A stretch of 64,000 bases of DNA. It comes from Candidatus Norongarragalinales archaeon. GTDB taxonomy: Archaea > Micrarchaeota > Micrarchaeia > Norongarragalinales > Norongarragalinaceae. The translations under genes were made by a program, and so were the position numbers. The DNA is taken from assembly GCA_038884755.1 (NCBI GenBank), contig JAWABJ010000001.1:352001-416000 (forward strand). The letters are read 5' to 3'. The notes under the pieces were generated by a model. It did not search any database. It was not told where the DNA came from and saw only the letters and a program-made list of their open reading frames with translations. Of this stretch, positions 1 through 8,675 are shown one piece after another (the stretch's first letter is position 1; each line of letters opens with the position of its first letter).

Positions 1-352
1 GCCGTTGTGGGTTATTCTCGCTGCGCACGCTTCGATTTCCCTCGGAACGTTTTTCGGGGGATGGCGCATCGTGAAGACGATGGCGCACAAAATCACGAGC
101 CTAAAGCCGTACCAGGGGTTTTGCGCTGAAACTGCCGGCGGCATTGTTTTGGCGAACATGGCCGCCTTCGGGATTCCAGTAAGCACCACGCACGCGATAG
201 CGAGTTCGATAATGGGCGTTGGGGCAACGCGCAGCGCAAGGAGCGTGCGTTGGGGTTTGAGCCGGAAGATTGTGATAGCGTGGATTGTGACCATTCCGTT
301 GAGTGCGTTGTGCGCAGCCGCCGCGTTCCTGGCTTTAAGCTACGCCGTCTGA
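1..352 (+). CDS. Inorganic phosphate transporter, PiT family (C-terminal part, 5'-truncated by window edge)
   Basis: GGWRIVKTM..KIT and GIPVSTTHAIASSIMGVG PiT signature. Confidence 0.9.
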   Translation, partial: PLWVILAAHASISLGTFFGGWRIVKTMAHKITSLKPYQGFCAETAGGIVLANMAAFGIPVSTTHAIASSIMGVGATRSARSVRWGLSRKIVIAWIVTIPLSALCAAAAFLALSYAV

Positions 353-462
353 ATTTCCCCGGCAAAAAAACAGAAGAAAAGAGCTTATAGCTGCCAGGGT
401 TGTTGCGCGGGGAAAAAACAAAAATCCGCGCCCCCATTCAAAAAGGAAAGTTTTGCTTGCTT

Positions 463-1605
463 TTACTTTTTCTTTGCTGTGTAGTTCCTGTAGCCCGCGT
501 AGCCCAAGAGCGCGGCAAGCAAAACCAGGATCCAGTTGCCGCTTACGGCCGTAAAGAGACCGGTCAAGCCTCCGGGCTGGGTTTGCTGGGGCGATTCTTC
601 CTGCAAGGCGATTTGCTCGGCAGTGAAAATAACCGTAGTAGGGTCGTTGTACTGCTGCAATCCAGAAGGGACTTCGGCCTTGTAAGTCAACACCCCGACC
701 GATTCGGCAGGAAAGTTCACCACGCCGTTTTCGTTAGCGGTCAAAAGCTGTAATACCGAGCCTTCGCGGTAAACGCGCACGGTCGCCCCCGGAATGGGCT
801 TGGTGGAATCCATTTCAACGACTTTCGCCTGGATTTGCTCTCCCACGTACGCCATGGAATCGGCGAAAACCATCAGGAAGTTTTTCTTTTCTTGCGGCAA
901 GAGAATCACTTCGGGCGTTTCTTCCGAAACGCCGCCGGTTTCCCCTCCGCCGAGGAAAATGTCGTGCCCGCGGGTTTCACCGCCTCCTTGAGGAGTCGGG
1001 GAAGGCGTGGGCGTCGGCTGGGTGGTGCAATACTTTTGGTATATCTCAGCTTCCCGCGCGCTTGTAACTATAGGCCCTCTCGCGCAAATGCAGTCTATCC
1101 ATTGTTTTATTGAAGCGAACGGCTTTTTACAAACGCAAGCAATAGAATCCACTGCGCCGCTGGCGCACGGGTCTGGAGTGGGCGTGGGCTGGCAGCTTGC
1201 CAAGTCAGCCGCGTTGTTGGCGCACGGGTTTGGAACTACCGTGGGAGCGCAGTCGGCAGCACCGTTGGTGCAAGGGTTGTTGTCGTTTCCGTCGTCACTC
1301 TCCGACTGGCCGTCAAGTTTTTCCGAAAACTTTTCTCCCAATCCGCCTTGCTCTTCCCACAATTCCTTGAAACTGTCGTCAAAACGAGGGTATTGAATTG
1401 GAACCACGAGCCCGGTCGCAGGCTCCAGTCTGGGCGCCATGTCTGCGCCGGTTGAAAACAAGCTTTCCTTATCCGCTGAGGTTTCAGCTGGTATGGAATC
1501 GAAAGACGCGTCAGGCGTCAAAGAATCGACGGCGAATTCCGCTGAAGCGAAAACCACTGTAGCCAAAAGCAATACTCCTGCTATTCCCAACAATACTTCC
1601 TTCAC
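463..1605 (-). CDS. Secreted/cell-surface protein: signal peptide, Cys-rich repeats, Pro-Thr linkers, Ig-like domain, C-terminal membrane anchor
   Basis: Hydrophobic N-terminus, (N/D)PC..A.D..C repeats, PTPTP, PIPGATVRV...TANENG beta-sandwich pattern, TGLF + TM helix + KKK tail; GAGGGTGG SD upstream. Confidence 0.7.
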   Translation of the reverse strand: MKEVLLGIAGVLLLATVVFASAEFAVDSLTPDASFDSIPAETSADKESLFSTGADMAPRLEPATGLVVPIQYPRFDDSFKELWEEQGGLGEKFSEKLDGQSESDDGNDNNPCTNGAADCAPTVVPNPCANNAADLASCQPTPTPDPCASGAVDSIACVCKKPFASIKQWIDCICARGPIVTSAREAEIYQKYCTTQPTPTPSPTPQGGGETRGHDIFLGGGETGGVSEETPEVILLPQEKKNFLMVFADSMAYVGEQIQAKVVEMDSTKPIPGATVRVYREGSVLQLLTANENGVVNFPAESVGVLTYKAEVPSGLQQYNDPTTVIFTAEQIALQEESPQQTQPGGLTGLFTAVSGNWILVLLAALLGYAGYRNYTAKKK

Positions 1606-1620
1606 GCTACCACCCTCACA

Positions 1621-1642
1621 AAAAGCGCCCTAGGGCGCTTTT
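1621..1642. promoter_or_regulatory. Perfect 22-bp palindrome AAAAGCGCCCTAGGGCGCTTTT (operator or hairpin)
   Basis: Exact inverted repeat just upstream of the SD of the 463..1605 gene. Confidence 0.55.
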
Positions 1643-1710
1643 AGACTTTTGAACCCCACTTGTTTAATAGTAAGCATGCCGAAAGCCGTTATTAAGCCTT
1701 CGCTGTCTTT

Positions 1711-2115
1711 TTAAACTCCGTACGCCAGCACGCACCTGTCTTTTTCCTTGCAGGTGGAACACTGCGTTTTGGCGGATTGCGAGTGCCTGATGCAGTCGCT
1801 CTTCAAGAACGAAACGAGTTCTCGCAAGATTTCGATTTCCTTCGTCAATTCGTACTCGACTTCGTTGTAGTCCAGCTTGTTTTTCGCCAGAAACCCTTCT
1901 TTTTCCAAGTCTTTCAGCCGTTGGGTCAAGAGTTTGGGCGTGATGGGGTGCAAAGCCCGCTGGAGGACTGAAAATCGGATGGGCTTTTTGAGCGTGAACA
2001 ATTCCAAAAGAAGGGGAAGCATCCACTTTCTGCGCAATAGGTTGATGTGTTTTACCACTGGGCAGAACTGCATGGGGTAGGCCGCTTTGGTTTCCTTGTG
2101 GATTTTTACTGGCAT
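1711..2115 (-). CDS. HxlR-family winged-helix regulator with C-terminal Cys4 cluster
   Basis: CPV..., KW..., RFS.L, ITPKLLTQRLKDLEKEG, VEYELT; tail C-x10-C-x2-C-x5-C. Confidence 0.85.
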   Translation of the reverse strand: MPVKIHKETKAAYPMQFCPVVKHINLLRRKWMLPLLLELFTLKKPIRFSVLQRALHPITPKLLTQRLKDLEKEGFLAKNKLDYNEVEYELTKEIEILRELVSFLKSDCIRHSQSAKTQCSTCKEKDRCVLAYGV

Positions 2116-2194
2116 TTTAGATTCCGCCCGCGCGCCGTTTCAGGTGCGCACTAAACTTTTGGTTTTTGCAGGATTAAAACAGTGTTGTCAGGCG

Positions 2195-2899
2195 TCAGCT
2201 TAAGCCCCGAATGCCGATTTTTTCCGAGCAACCTTCCAGCCGGCTTTTGATTTTCAGGAAAAACTCGCGCGGGTAAGGGGAGATTTTCCGGAATTCTGGG
2301 TCGAGAGTGTCCTTGTTTTCGAACTGCTGGAGGTAATACGCTTTCGCCCCTTTGACGAGCGCGCCTATTTCCATCAAATCTCCTTCATCCAAAAGCGTGG
2401 GGACCACTGTGGTCCTGAACTCGTAATCCACGGACTTTTGCTGCTTGAGGAATTCTATGCTTTCCCGGATTTTTTCCGTGTCAACGTTCGACCGCGTGAT
2501 CTCGCGGTATTTGCGCAGGGGCGCTTTTACGTCCATCGCGACGTAATCCACCGTTTTTTCTTCCACCACTTTCTTTAGCATCGAGGGGTTGAACCCGTTG
2601 GAGTCGAGCTTGACGCAAAAACCTTTTTCCTTGATTTTGCGCGCGAACTCGGGCAAGTCTTTGTTCAAGCACGGTTCCCCCCCTGTTATGACCGCGCCCT
2701 CGAGCAGTCCCACGCGCGAGTCAAGAAACGCGAAAACTTCACTCTCGCTCACTGTTTTGTATTCGCACCTGGATTTTAAGACCAAACCCGGGTTTTGGCA
2801 ATACCCGCAGCGCAGGTTGCAGCCGAAAAGAAAGATTATGGCGCTGGGCTTTCCCGGATAGTCCAAGAGCGTGAGGGGCTGCAGCCCTTTGATGAGCAA
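2195..2899 (-). CDS. nrdG: Anaerobic ribonucleoside-triphosphate reductase activating protein (radical SAM)
   Basis: TLLDYPG, GCNLRCGYCQNP (CxxxCxxC), ITGGEP; next to nrdD; TTG start at 2899 inferred. Confidence 0.92.
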   Translation of the reverse strand: MLIKGLQPLTLLDYPGKPSAIIFLFGCNLRCGYCQNPGLVLKSRCEYKTVSESEVFAFLDSRVGLLEGAVITGGEPCLNKDLPEFARKIKEKGFCVKLDSNGFNPSMLKKVVEEKTVDYVAMDVKAPLRKYREITRSNVDTEKIRESIEFLKQQKSVDYEFRTTVVPTLLDEGDLMEIGALVKGAKAYYLQQFENKDTLDPEFRKISPYPREFFLKIKSRLEGCSEKIGIRGLS

Positions 2900-2904
2900 G
2901 AAAC

Positions 2905-3051
2905 TCAACCCTTTTTGCAAGGCTGGTATTCAACCCTGTCCTTGAACTCGCTTTGCTTGCCGTCGTTCCACTGCGCCACTGGCCTGTAATACCCTACCAC
3001 GCGAGAGTAGATTTCGCACTTCGTCCTTTGCAATTGTTTTCCTTCGTCCAT
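2905..3051 (-). CDS. 48-aa stand-alone glycyl-radical-loop peptide of class III RNR (not in ORF track)
   Basis: Manual translation MDEGKQLQRTKCEIYSRVVGYYRPVAQWNDGKQSEFKDRVEYQPCKKG*; YSRVVGY is the NrdD C-terminal radical motif. Confidence 0.88.
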   Translation of the reverse strand: MDEGKQLQRTKCEIYSRVVGYYRPVAQWNDGKQSEFKDRVEYQPCKKG

Positions 3052-3058
3052 TTTTTTT

Positions 3059-5104
3059 TCACCTCACCGCTTTTACGACCATCGCCGGAGTAAAACCTAT
3101 TTCAACGTCGCAAACCGGGCAGTACTCGTGCTCTCCCGAAAGGTATCCGTGCTTGTTGCAGACGCTGAACGTGGGCGTGATGGTGTAGTACGGAAGCCGG
3201 TATTTTTCGGCAATGGTTCTCACGAGTTTTTTCGTCGCTTGCGCGTCAGGCATTCTCTCGCCGAGAAAACCGTGCAGCACCGTTCCCCCCGTGTATTTCG
3301 CCTGCAATTCGTCCTGCAAGTCGAGCGCCAGGAAAATGTCGTCGGTGTAGTTGACCGGCAGGTGCGTTGAGTTAGTGTAATAAGGCGCGGCTTTTTGTTC
3401 CCTCCACGCTTTTTCGTTGGCAACTTTTATGCCCGGGTAATTTTTTTTATCCGACTTTGCGAATCGGTACGTAGTGCCTTCGCCTGGAGTGGCTTCGAGG
3501 TTGTAAATGTGTCCCGTTTCCTCCTGGTATTCGCCTATCCTCGCGCGCAAGTGGTCGAGAGTCTTGAGCGCAAGACTCCTGCCGCTTTCGCTCGCGATGT
3601 TTTCGCCCATAATGTTTTCGAGAGCCTCGTTCATGCCGAGAATGCCGATGGTAGAAAAATGGTTTTCCCAGTAAGCGCCGTAGGCTTGCTTGATGTTGCG
3701 CAAGTAGTGTTTTGAATAGGGGTAAAGGTTTTCTTCGGTGAATTTTTCCAAAACCCTGCGTTTTATTTCCAGGCTTTCTTTCGCCAAGTCCGCCAGCCTG
3801 TCAAGCCGCTCGAAAAACTCAGTCTCGTTTTTTGAAAGAAAGCCGATGCGCGGCAGGTTTATCGTAACGACGCCTATGCTTCCCGTGAGAGGATTTGCGC
3901 CGAACAGCCCGCCGCCTTTCTTGCGCAGCTCCCGGTTGTCCAAGCGCAACCTGCAGCACATGCTCCGCGCGTCTTCCGGCTTCATGTCGCTGTTGACGAA
4001 GTTCGAGAAGTACGGAAGCCCGTACTTTGCCGTCATTTCGAAAATCTTGTCTGAAACCGGCGAGTCCCAGTCGAAATCGCGGGTAATATTGTACGTGGGA
4101 ATGGGGAAAGTGAAAATCCTGCCTTTCGCGTCCCCTTTCATCATCACTTCCGCGAAGGCGATGTTGAACAAGTCCATTTCGTATTGAAAGTCTGCGTGGG
4201 TTTCCGCCATTTCCCTCCCGCCAATAACAACCTTTTCTTCCGATATATTGTGGGGAACGGTTAAGTCCAGGGTGATGTTGGTGAAAGGGGTTTGAAAACC
4301 CACGCGAGTAGGAACGTTGATGTTGAAAATGAATTCCTGCAAAGCCTGCTTGACTTCTCTGTACCCCAGAGAGTCGTAGCGTATGAACGGCGCGAGGTAA
4401 GTGTCGAAGTTCGAGAACGCCTGCGCCCCGGCGGCTTCGCCTTGCATGGTGTAAAAAAAGTTTACGACCTGCCCAAGCGCCACGCGAAAGTGGCTGGGCG
4501 CCTTGCTTTCTATCTTTCCCGCGACTCCACCGAACCCGTTGTTGATTAAATCGCTTAATTCCCACCCGCAGCAATACACCGACAACAGCCCCAAGTCGTG
4601 CAAGTGGAAGTCGGCGTTCGAGTGAGCCTCGCGAATTTCCGGAGGGTAAACCCTGTTCAACCAATAGCGCGAGATTATGCTTGAGGAAATGTGGTTGTTC
4701 AAACCTTGCAGCGAGTAGCCCATGTTGCTGTTTTCGCGCACTCGCCAGTCGCTTTGGTTCAGGTAATCGTCCACCAGCCTCTCCGCTTCGCCCACTGCAT
4801 TCTTCAAATCGCGGATTCTCGCGTGCTGGTCGCGATACAAAATGTAGGCTTTTGCGGTTTTTGCGTGCCCGCGTTCGATGAGCGTTTTTTCCACGAGGTT
4901 TTGAACGTGTTCTACGGTTGGCGTTTCGCTTTCCTTAGCAAGCAGCTCGACAACAACGTCAGCGATTTTCCTTGCCTCGCGAAAGTCGCTTCCGCCCACT
5001 GCTTTCGCGGCCTTGAAAATTGCGTTGGCTATCTTTTCCTTGTTGAAAGGAACCTGCGTTCCATCGCGCTTGATTATCTTTTCTGGAACAGGCATTTTCA
5101 CCAT
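3059..5104 (-). CDS. nrdD: Class III anaerobic ribonucleoside-triphosphate reductase with N-terminal ATP cone, lacking the glycyl-radical tail
   Basis: IIKRDG ATP cone, HLHDL, RSMCCRL, EATPGEG, C-terminal CNKHG...CPVC; ends before the RVxGY motif. Confidence 0.95.
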   Translation of the reverse strand: MVKMPVPEKIIKRDGTQVPFNKEKIANAIFKAAKAVGGSDFREARKIADVVVELLAKESETPTVEHVQNLVEKTLIERGHAKTAKAYILYRDQHARIRDLKNAVGEAERLVDDYLNQSDWRVRENSNMGYSLQGLNNHISSSIISRYWLNRVYPPEIREAHSNADFHLHDLGLLSVYCCGWELSDLINNGFGGVAGKIESKAPSHFRVALGQVVNFFYTMQGEAAGAQAFSNFDTYLAPFIRYDSLGYREVKQALQEFIFNINVPTRVGFQTPFTNITLDLTVPHNISEEKVVIGGREMAETHADFQYEMDLFNIAFAEVMMKGDAKGRIFTFPIPTYNITRDFDWDSPVSDKIFEMTAKYGLPYFSNFVNSDMKPEDARSMCCRLRLDNRELRKKGGGLFGANPLTGSIGVVTINLPRIGFLSKNETEFFERLDRLADLAKESLEIKRRVLEKFTEENLYPYSKHYLRNIKQAYGAYWENHFSTIGILGMNEALENIMGENIASESGRSLALKTLDHLRARIGEYQEETGHIYNLEATPGEGTTYRFAKSDKKNYPGIKVANEKAWREQKAAPYYTNSTHLPVNYTDDIFLALDLQDELQAKYTGGTVLHGFLGERMPDAQATKKLVRTIAEKYRLPYYTITPTFSVCNKHGYLSGEHEYCPVCDVEIGFTPAMVVKAVR

Positions 5105-5121
5105 CCCCCCCCAACTTTTTT

Positions 5122-5787
5122 CTACGAGAGGTTTTTAGCCATCACGAGCTTCTTGCGGTTTTTGAAAAAGAAAAAGTCTTTCTGCTCGTAGCCGAGCTTT
5201 TTGTAAAGTCCGATCGCGGGAATATTGTCTTCCCTCACGAAAAGCCACGATTGTTTTTGCGTGAAATGCTTTTCGATAAACCCCTCGCCGAAAGAAACGA
5301 GCTTGGTGCCTATCCCCCTGCGCTGGTATTTTTCATCGACGATTATGTTCGCAACTTCGAACTTTGAAACCACGCCTGCCGCGACCAGTTGCTTTACTAC
5401 AGGATCGACTACCGCGGGAAATACCCTGCCGACCAAGCCCAAAGCAAACCGCACGGTTCTCGGTTGCTGGAAGCACATGGAAATGAAGCCGATGGGCTCG
5501 CGCGTTTCCTTCAAGACCATGACGAAAAACCCGGTCGGAAGGCGGGAGTAAACCTTCAAGATTTCGTTGCGCAACGCCGAGGCGTTGGACTTGCAGGTTC
5601 TGGAGCCGAATTCAACGACTTTTTCCAAGTGCCTTTCGGGGTCGAACGGGATTATTTCCCACTCTTCCTCCTGCCCTTGCTTTAAATCAACGCTTTCCAC
5701 GTAGCTCACCTTCTGCCCGTTATGCGCTTTCGCTGCAGGACCGACCTGTTGATCTTTGTTCCTTGAAATTTTAAGCGGGGCGTACAT
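5122..5787 (-). CDS. GNAT family N-acetyltransferase
   Basis: VDEKYQRRGIGTKL (motif A), DNIPAIGLYKKLGY (motif B). Confidence 0.85.
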   Translation of the reverse strand: MYAPLKISRNKDQQVGPAAKAHNGQKVSYVESVDLKQGQEEEWEIIPFDPERHLEKVVEFGSRTCKSNASALRNEILKVYSRLPTGFFVMVLKETREPIGFISMCFQQPRTVRFALGLVGRVFPAVVDPVVKQLVAAGVVSKFEVANIIVDEKYQRRGIGTKLVSFGEGFIEKHFTQKQSWLFVREDNIPAIGLYKKLGYEQKDFFFFKNRKKLVMAKNLS

Positions 5788-5963
5788 TCGGGGGTTTCAC
5801 CTGTCTAGAATTACAAAATTGGTTTCTGTAAGTTTGTTAAAAAGCGGGGGCTTTCCAAAAGGAAAGCCTTGAAAGTTTCGGCGGGAAATGCATTGTCTTG
5901 CGGTTTTAGGCGCGCTAATAAACCCTCACCAACATTTTTTTTATCAAAGGGAGAGGGAAAACA

Positions 5964-7040
5964 GTGGGTTTCAGCCTCGATTTTTTCAAAAACGCCGGCC
6001 TGGCGGAAAAAACGCTTTGGACTTTCGTTTTTCTTTCAATTGCAGCGGGGCTGGCGATGACTTCGGCAATAGTATTCAAGCTAGGCAAGCCACACGGCAC
6101 CGACTTCTACTACCACTTGCAGTACGCCGAGAAATACGCTAAGGGCGAAATGGCACTGTTCGACCCTGCGCTGATGGAGAACAACAAAGGCCCTTACCCG
6201 CCTTTGTTCCACTTGCTTCTCGCTTTGCCCGCTTTCTTTGGCCTCGGCGTTCAGTTCGGAGCGTTTCTCGCCGTTTTTCTTTTCCCAGTCGCGTTGGCCG
6301 CAACGGTTTTCGCGGTTTACAAGCTCAAAGGACTTAGGGAAGCGGCTTTGGCGGGCGTGATATTGCTTTCCGGCGTTGCTTTCTTCGACCGGGGAGGGCA
6401 GGTTACTCCCCAAGCGGTCGACATGATTTTCGCGCCTTTGGCTTTCTACGCTTTCTTCAAAAGCAAAGAGCGTTTGTTTGTGCTTTCAAGCGCAGTAATG
6501 GCTTACTCGCACGCTCCCTACAGCTTTCTAGTCTTCGCACCTTTTGCTTTCTACGCTTTCTGGAAGAATTTCAACAAGAGCATGGTGCTCAAGGCTTTCG
6601 TCGCGATGCTGCCGGTTGTTTTGCTGGCGGGCTTTTTCATGCCTTCGTACTTGGGTTCAGCGTCCAGCGTGAACAACGCGCAAGAGCAAAAGATTTTGAG
6701 CGAACCGCTTTGGTTTATCGCTTACTTGTCCCCGCCGTTGTTCCTAGCGTTCGTGTACGCGTTGTACAAAACGCGAGTCAAGAGAAGCGTGGCTGAAGAC
6801 GAATTGCAGCAATTTTCTTTGTTGTGGTTGTTGTGCCTCGCGCCTTTGGCGTTTTTATTTCCCGACAGGCTCGCGTCTTACGCCTCGCAGCCGATTGCGA
6901 TATTCGCTTCGCTTGCGCTTGCGAAAAGTTTTTCGAACGACAAAAAGTTGCTTGCAGTTGCTGCAGTGCTGTTTGCTCTCGCAATAGCGTACAGCATCTA
7001 CCCGTTCTTTTCCCTGCTGCAACAAGGGCTGTTGGTTTAA
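5964..7040 (+). CDS. Multi-pass membrane protein, probable GT-C (lipid-linked sugar) glycosyltransferase
   Basis: D.YYH after TM1, YPPLFH motif, about 10 hydrophobic segments. Confidence 0.55.
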   Translation: MGFSLDFFKNAGLAEKTLWTFVFLSIAAGLAMTSAIVFKLGKPHGTDFYYHLQYAEKYAKGEMALFDPALMENNKGPYPPLFHLLLALPAFFGLGVQFGAFLAVFLFPVALAATVFAVYKLKGLREAALAGVILLSGVAFFDRGGQVTPQAVDMIFAPLAFYAFFKSKERLFVLSSAVMAYSHAPYSFLVFAPFAFYAFWKNFNKSMVLKAFVAMLPVVLLAGFFMPSYLGSASSVNNAQEQKILSEPLWFIAYLSPPLFLAFVYALYKTRVKRSVAEDELQQFSLLWLLCLAPLAFLFPDRLASYASQPIAIFASLALAKSFSNDKKLLAVAAVLFALAIAYSIYPFFSLLQQGLLV

Positions 7041-7753
7041 GCGCTCAAATAGAGCTTTCGTTTTGCTTCAGGAAAACGCTCTACTGCATAGCGGAGCATT
7101 GCCCTTGGCATTTCGCTTGCGTGCTTGTCCAAAAAGTTTTCCAGCGTTTTTTCTCCGCACCGCTTTCCCGCTTCGCGAAGCATCCAACCCGTTGCCTTGC
7201 GAATCAAATCATGCTTATCCTGCAAAAGTGCTCTAGCGATTTCGAAAACTTCTTTGCAAGAGCCTTTCTTGATGAAGTGAAGCGTAGCAACAATCGCAAT
7301 GCGTCTTTCCCAAACGCTCTCGCTTTCCGCCAAGCGCTTTAACAAACTTTTGTTTTTTCCGTCGAGATATGCACCCACAATCTTGCCCGCGCTCAAATCA
7401 ACCAAATCCCAGTTGTTCACTCTCTTAGCATTACGCCAGTAAAAGTCGAAAATACGCTTTTTTTCCTTTGCACTAGCCCGTTCGAACTTGCCGACGAGAA
7501 TGAGCAAAGCCGCAAGCCTCTCTTCGTGCACTCGCGAGCCAAGCAAAGCGCGCGCGTCTTCGAGCGAAGCTCGCCTGGAGTATTTTGTCGCAATTCGCCT
7601 CGTTTCCGGAACGCTAACCCCGTAAAAAAAGTCGCCCTCGCCGTATTGCCCTTTTCCTGTTTTGAAAAACCCTGCGAGGGTTTTCGCTTTGCGGGCGTTG
7701 GCTAGAGCTTTGAGTTCCCTTGAAACGAAACCGGCTGTTTTAACCAAAAGCAC
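7037..7753 (-). CDS. DNA alkylation repair protein, AlkD family
   Basis: FFKTGKGQYGEGD, NNWDLVD, WERRIAIV, HDLIRKATGWMLREAGK, MPRAMLRYAVE. Confidence 0.92.
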   Translation of the reverse strand: MLLVKTAGFVSRELKALANARKAKTLAGFFKTGKGQYGEGDFFYGVSVPETRRIATKYSRRASLEDARALLGSRVHEERLAALLILVGKFERASAKEKKRIFDFYWRNAKRVNNWDLVDLSAGKIVGAYLDGKNKSLLKRLAESESVWERRIAIVATLHFIKKGSCKEVFEIARALLQDKHDLIRKATGWMLREAGKRCGEKTLENFLDKHASEMPRAMLRYAVERFPEAKRKLYLSA

Positions 7754-7766
7754 TACCTTCGGGCGT

Positions 7767-8015
7767 TCAGTACGACCGGCCTTGGATTTCCCCGCCTTTC
7801 AACAGCCGTTCGAGTTCGACAGTGATTTGCTTTACGGCGCTTTGCGCGTCTTTGAAGGCGTTGGTTGCCAAAGGAAAGCCCTGCATCGCTGGGTTTTTCC
7901 ATTTCACTTGCGTTTGCGCGCGGTAAAGCCCGCCAGCTTCCTCGATGGAAACGACGAAAGTCTTGCCTGCGACGGAAACCGCTTGCCTGGAATAAAGCTT
8001 GAAGTTTAAACCCAT
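7767..8015 (-). CDS. Hypothetical protein
   Basis: ATG at 8015 with GGTGGTG SD; co-directional with alkD-like gene. Confidence 0.5.
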   Translation of the reverse strand: MGLNFKLYSRQAVSVAGKTFVVSIEEAGGLYRAQTQVKWKNPAMQGFPLATNAFKDAQSAVKQITVELERLLKGGEIQGRSY

Positions 8016-8172
8016 CAAACACCACCACTTTTTGCAAACAAAATTCAAACTCCGAATATAAAACCCGCTGGTTTATTTTCAACCCCGGGGGGGGAGACAA
8101 GAATTTGCTGGTTTTTTTCGGCTGGAACAGCCAATCTCACTATCTTATAGGCAAGTTAGTCCTTAGAATATT

Positions 8173-8496
8173 ATGAGTAAACCAGCCGCCGATTTTGCCA
8201 GAGAGTTTGACAACTACCACAAGATTTACCGCGAGGATTTCCTTTCAGTATTAAAGCATTTGGTTGCGACGAGAGAATTGCGTTTCGACGCTCACCTGGA
8301 CGGCAGTTATTTCGTGAGAGGCTTGAGCGTGGAAACCGGGTTGGGCGTAGAACGCAGCTTCAAACTGCGCGAGGCCACGGTGTTCAGCCGCATGCTCGAA
8401 GACGGATTGTTGAAGCCTTTCCGATCCTCCAACAAAGGCAACACTTTCGATTTGAACGATTCGGTCAAAGTCAAGGCCAAAAAGTTTCTCGAATAA
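8173..8496 (+). CDS. Hypothetical protein
   Basis: Fills gap; ATG about 25 nt after TTATAG TATA-like box. Confidence 0.5.
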   Translation: MSKPAADFAREFDNYHKIYREDFLSVLKHLVATRELRFDAHLDGSYFVRGLSVETGLGVERSFKLREATVFSRMLEDGLLKPFRSSNKGNTFDLNDSVKVKAKKFLE

Positions 8497-8675
8497 CCGA
8501 CGATTTTATTAAAAACGCGTGCGGCAGAAAGCTCCAGCGGACTTTCTTGCGTATGCCCTTCACGCCCTTTCAAACCACGCTCAAGCGCCTGTTTTTTTAC
8601 CCATAACCGCGTCTTCGGCACAAGTCCTGCAAAGCATCGGGTTTTTTAAAAGTTGGTCGAGTAGGAAAAACGTAC

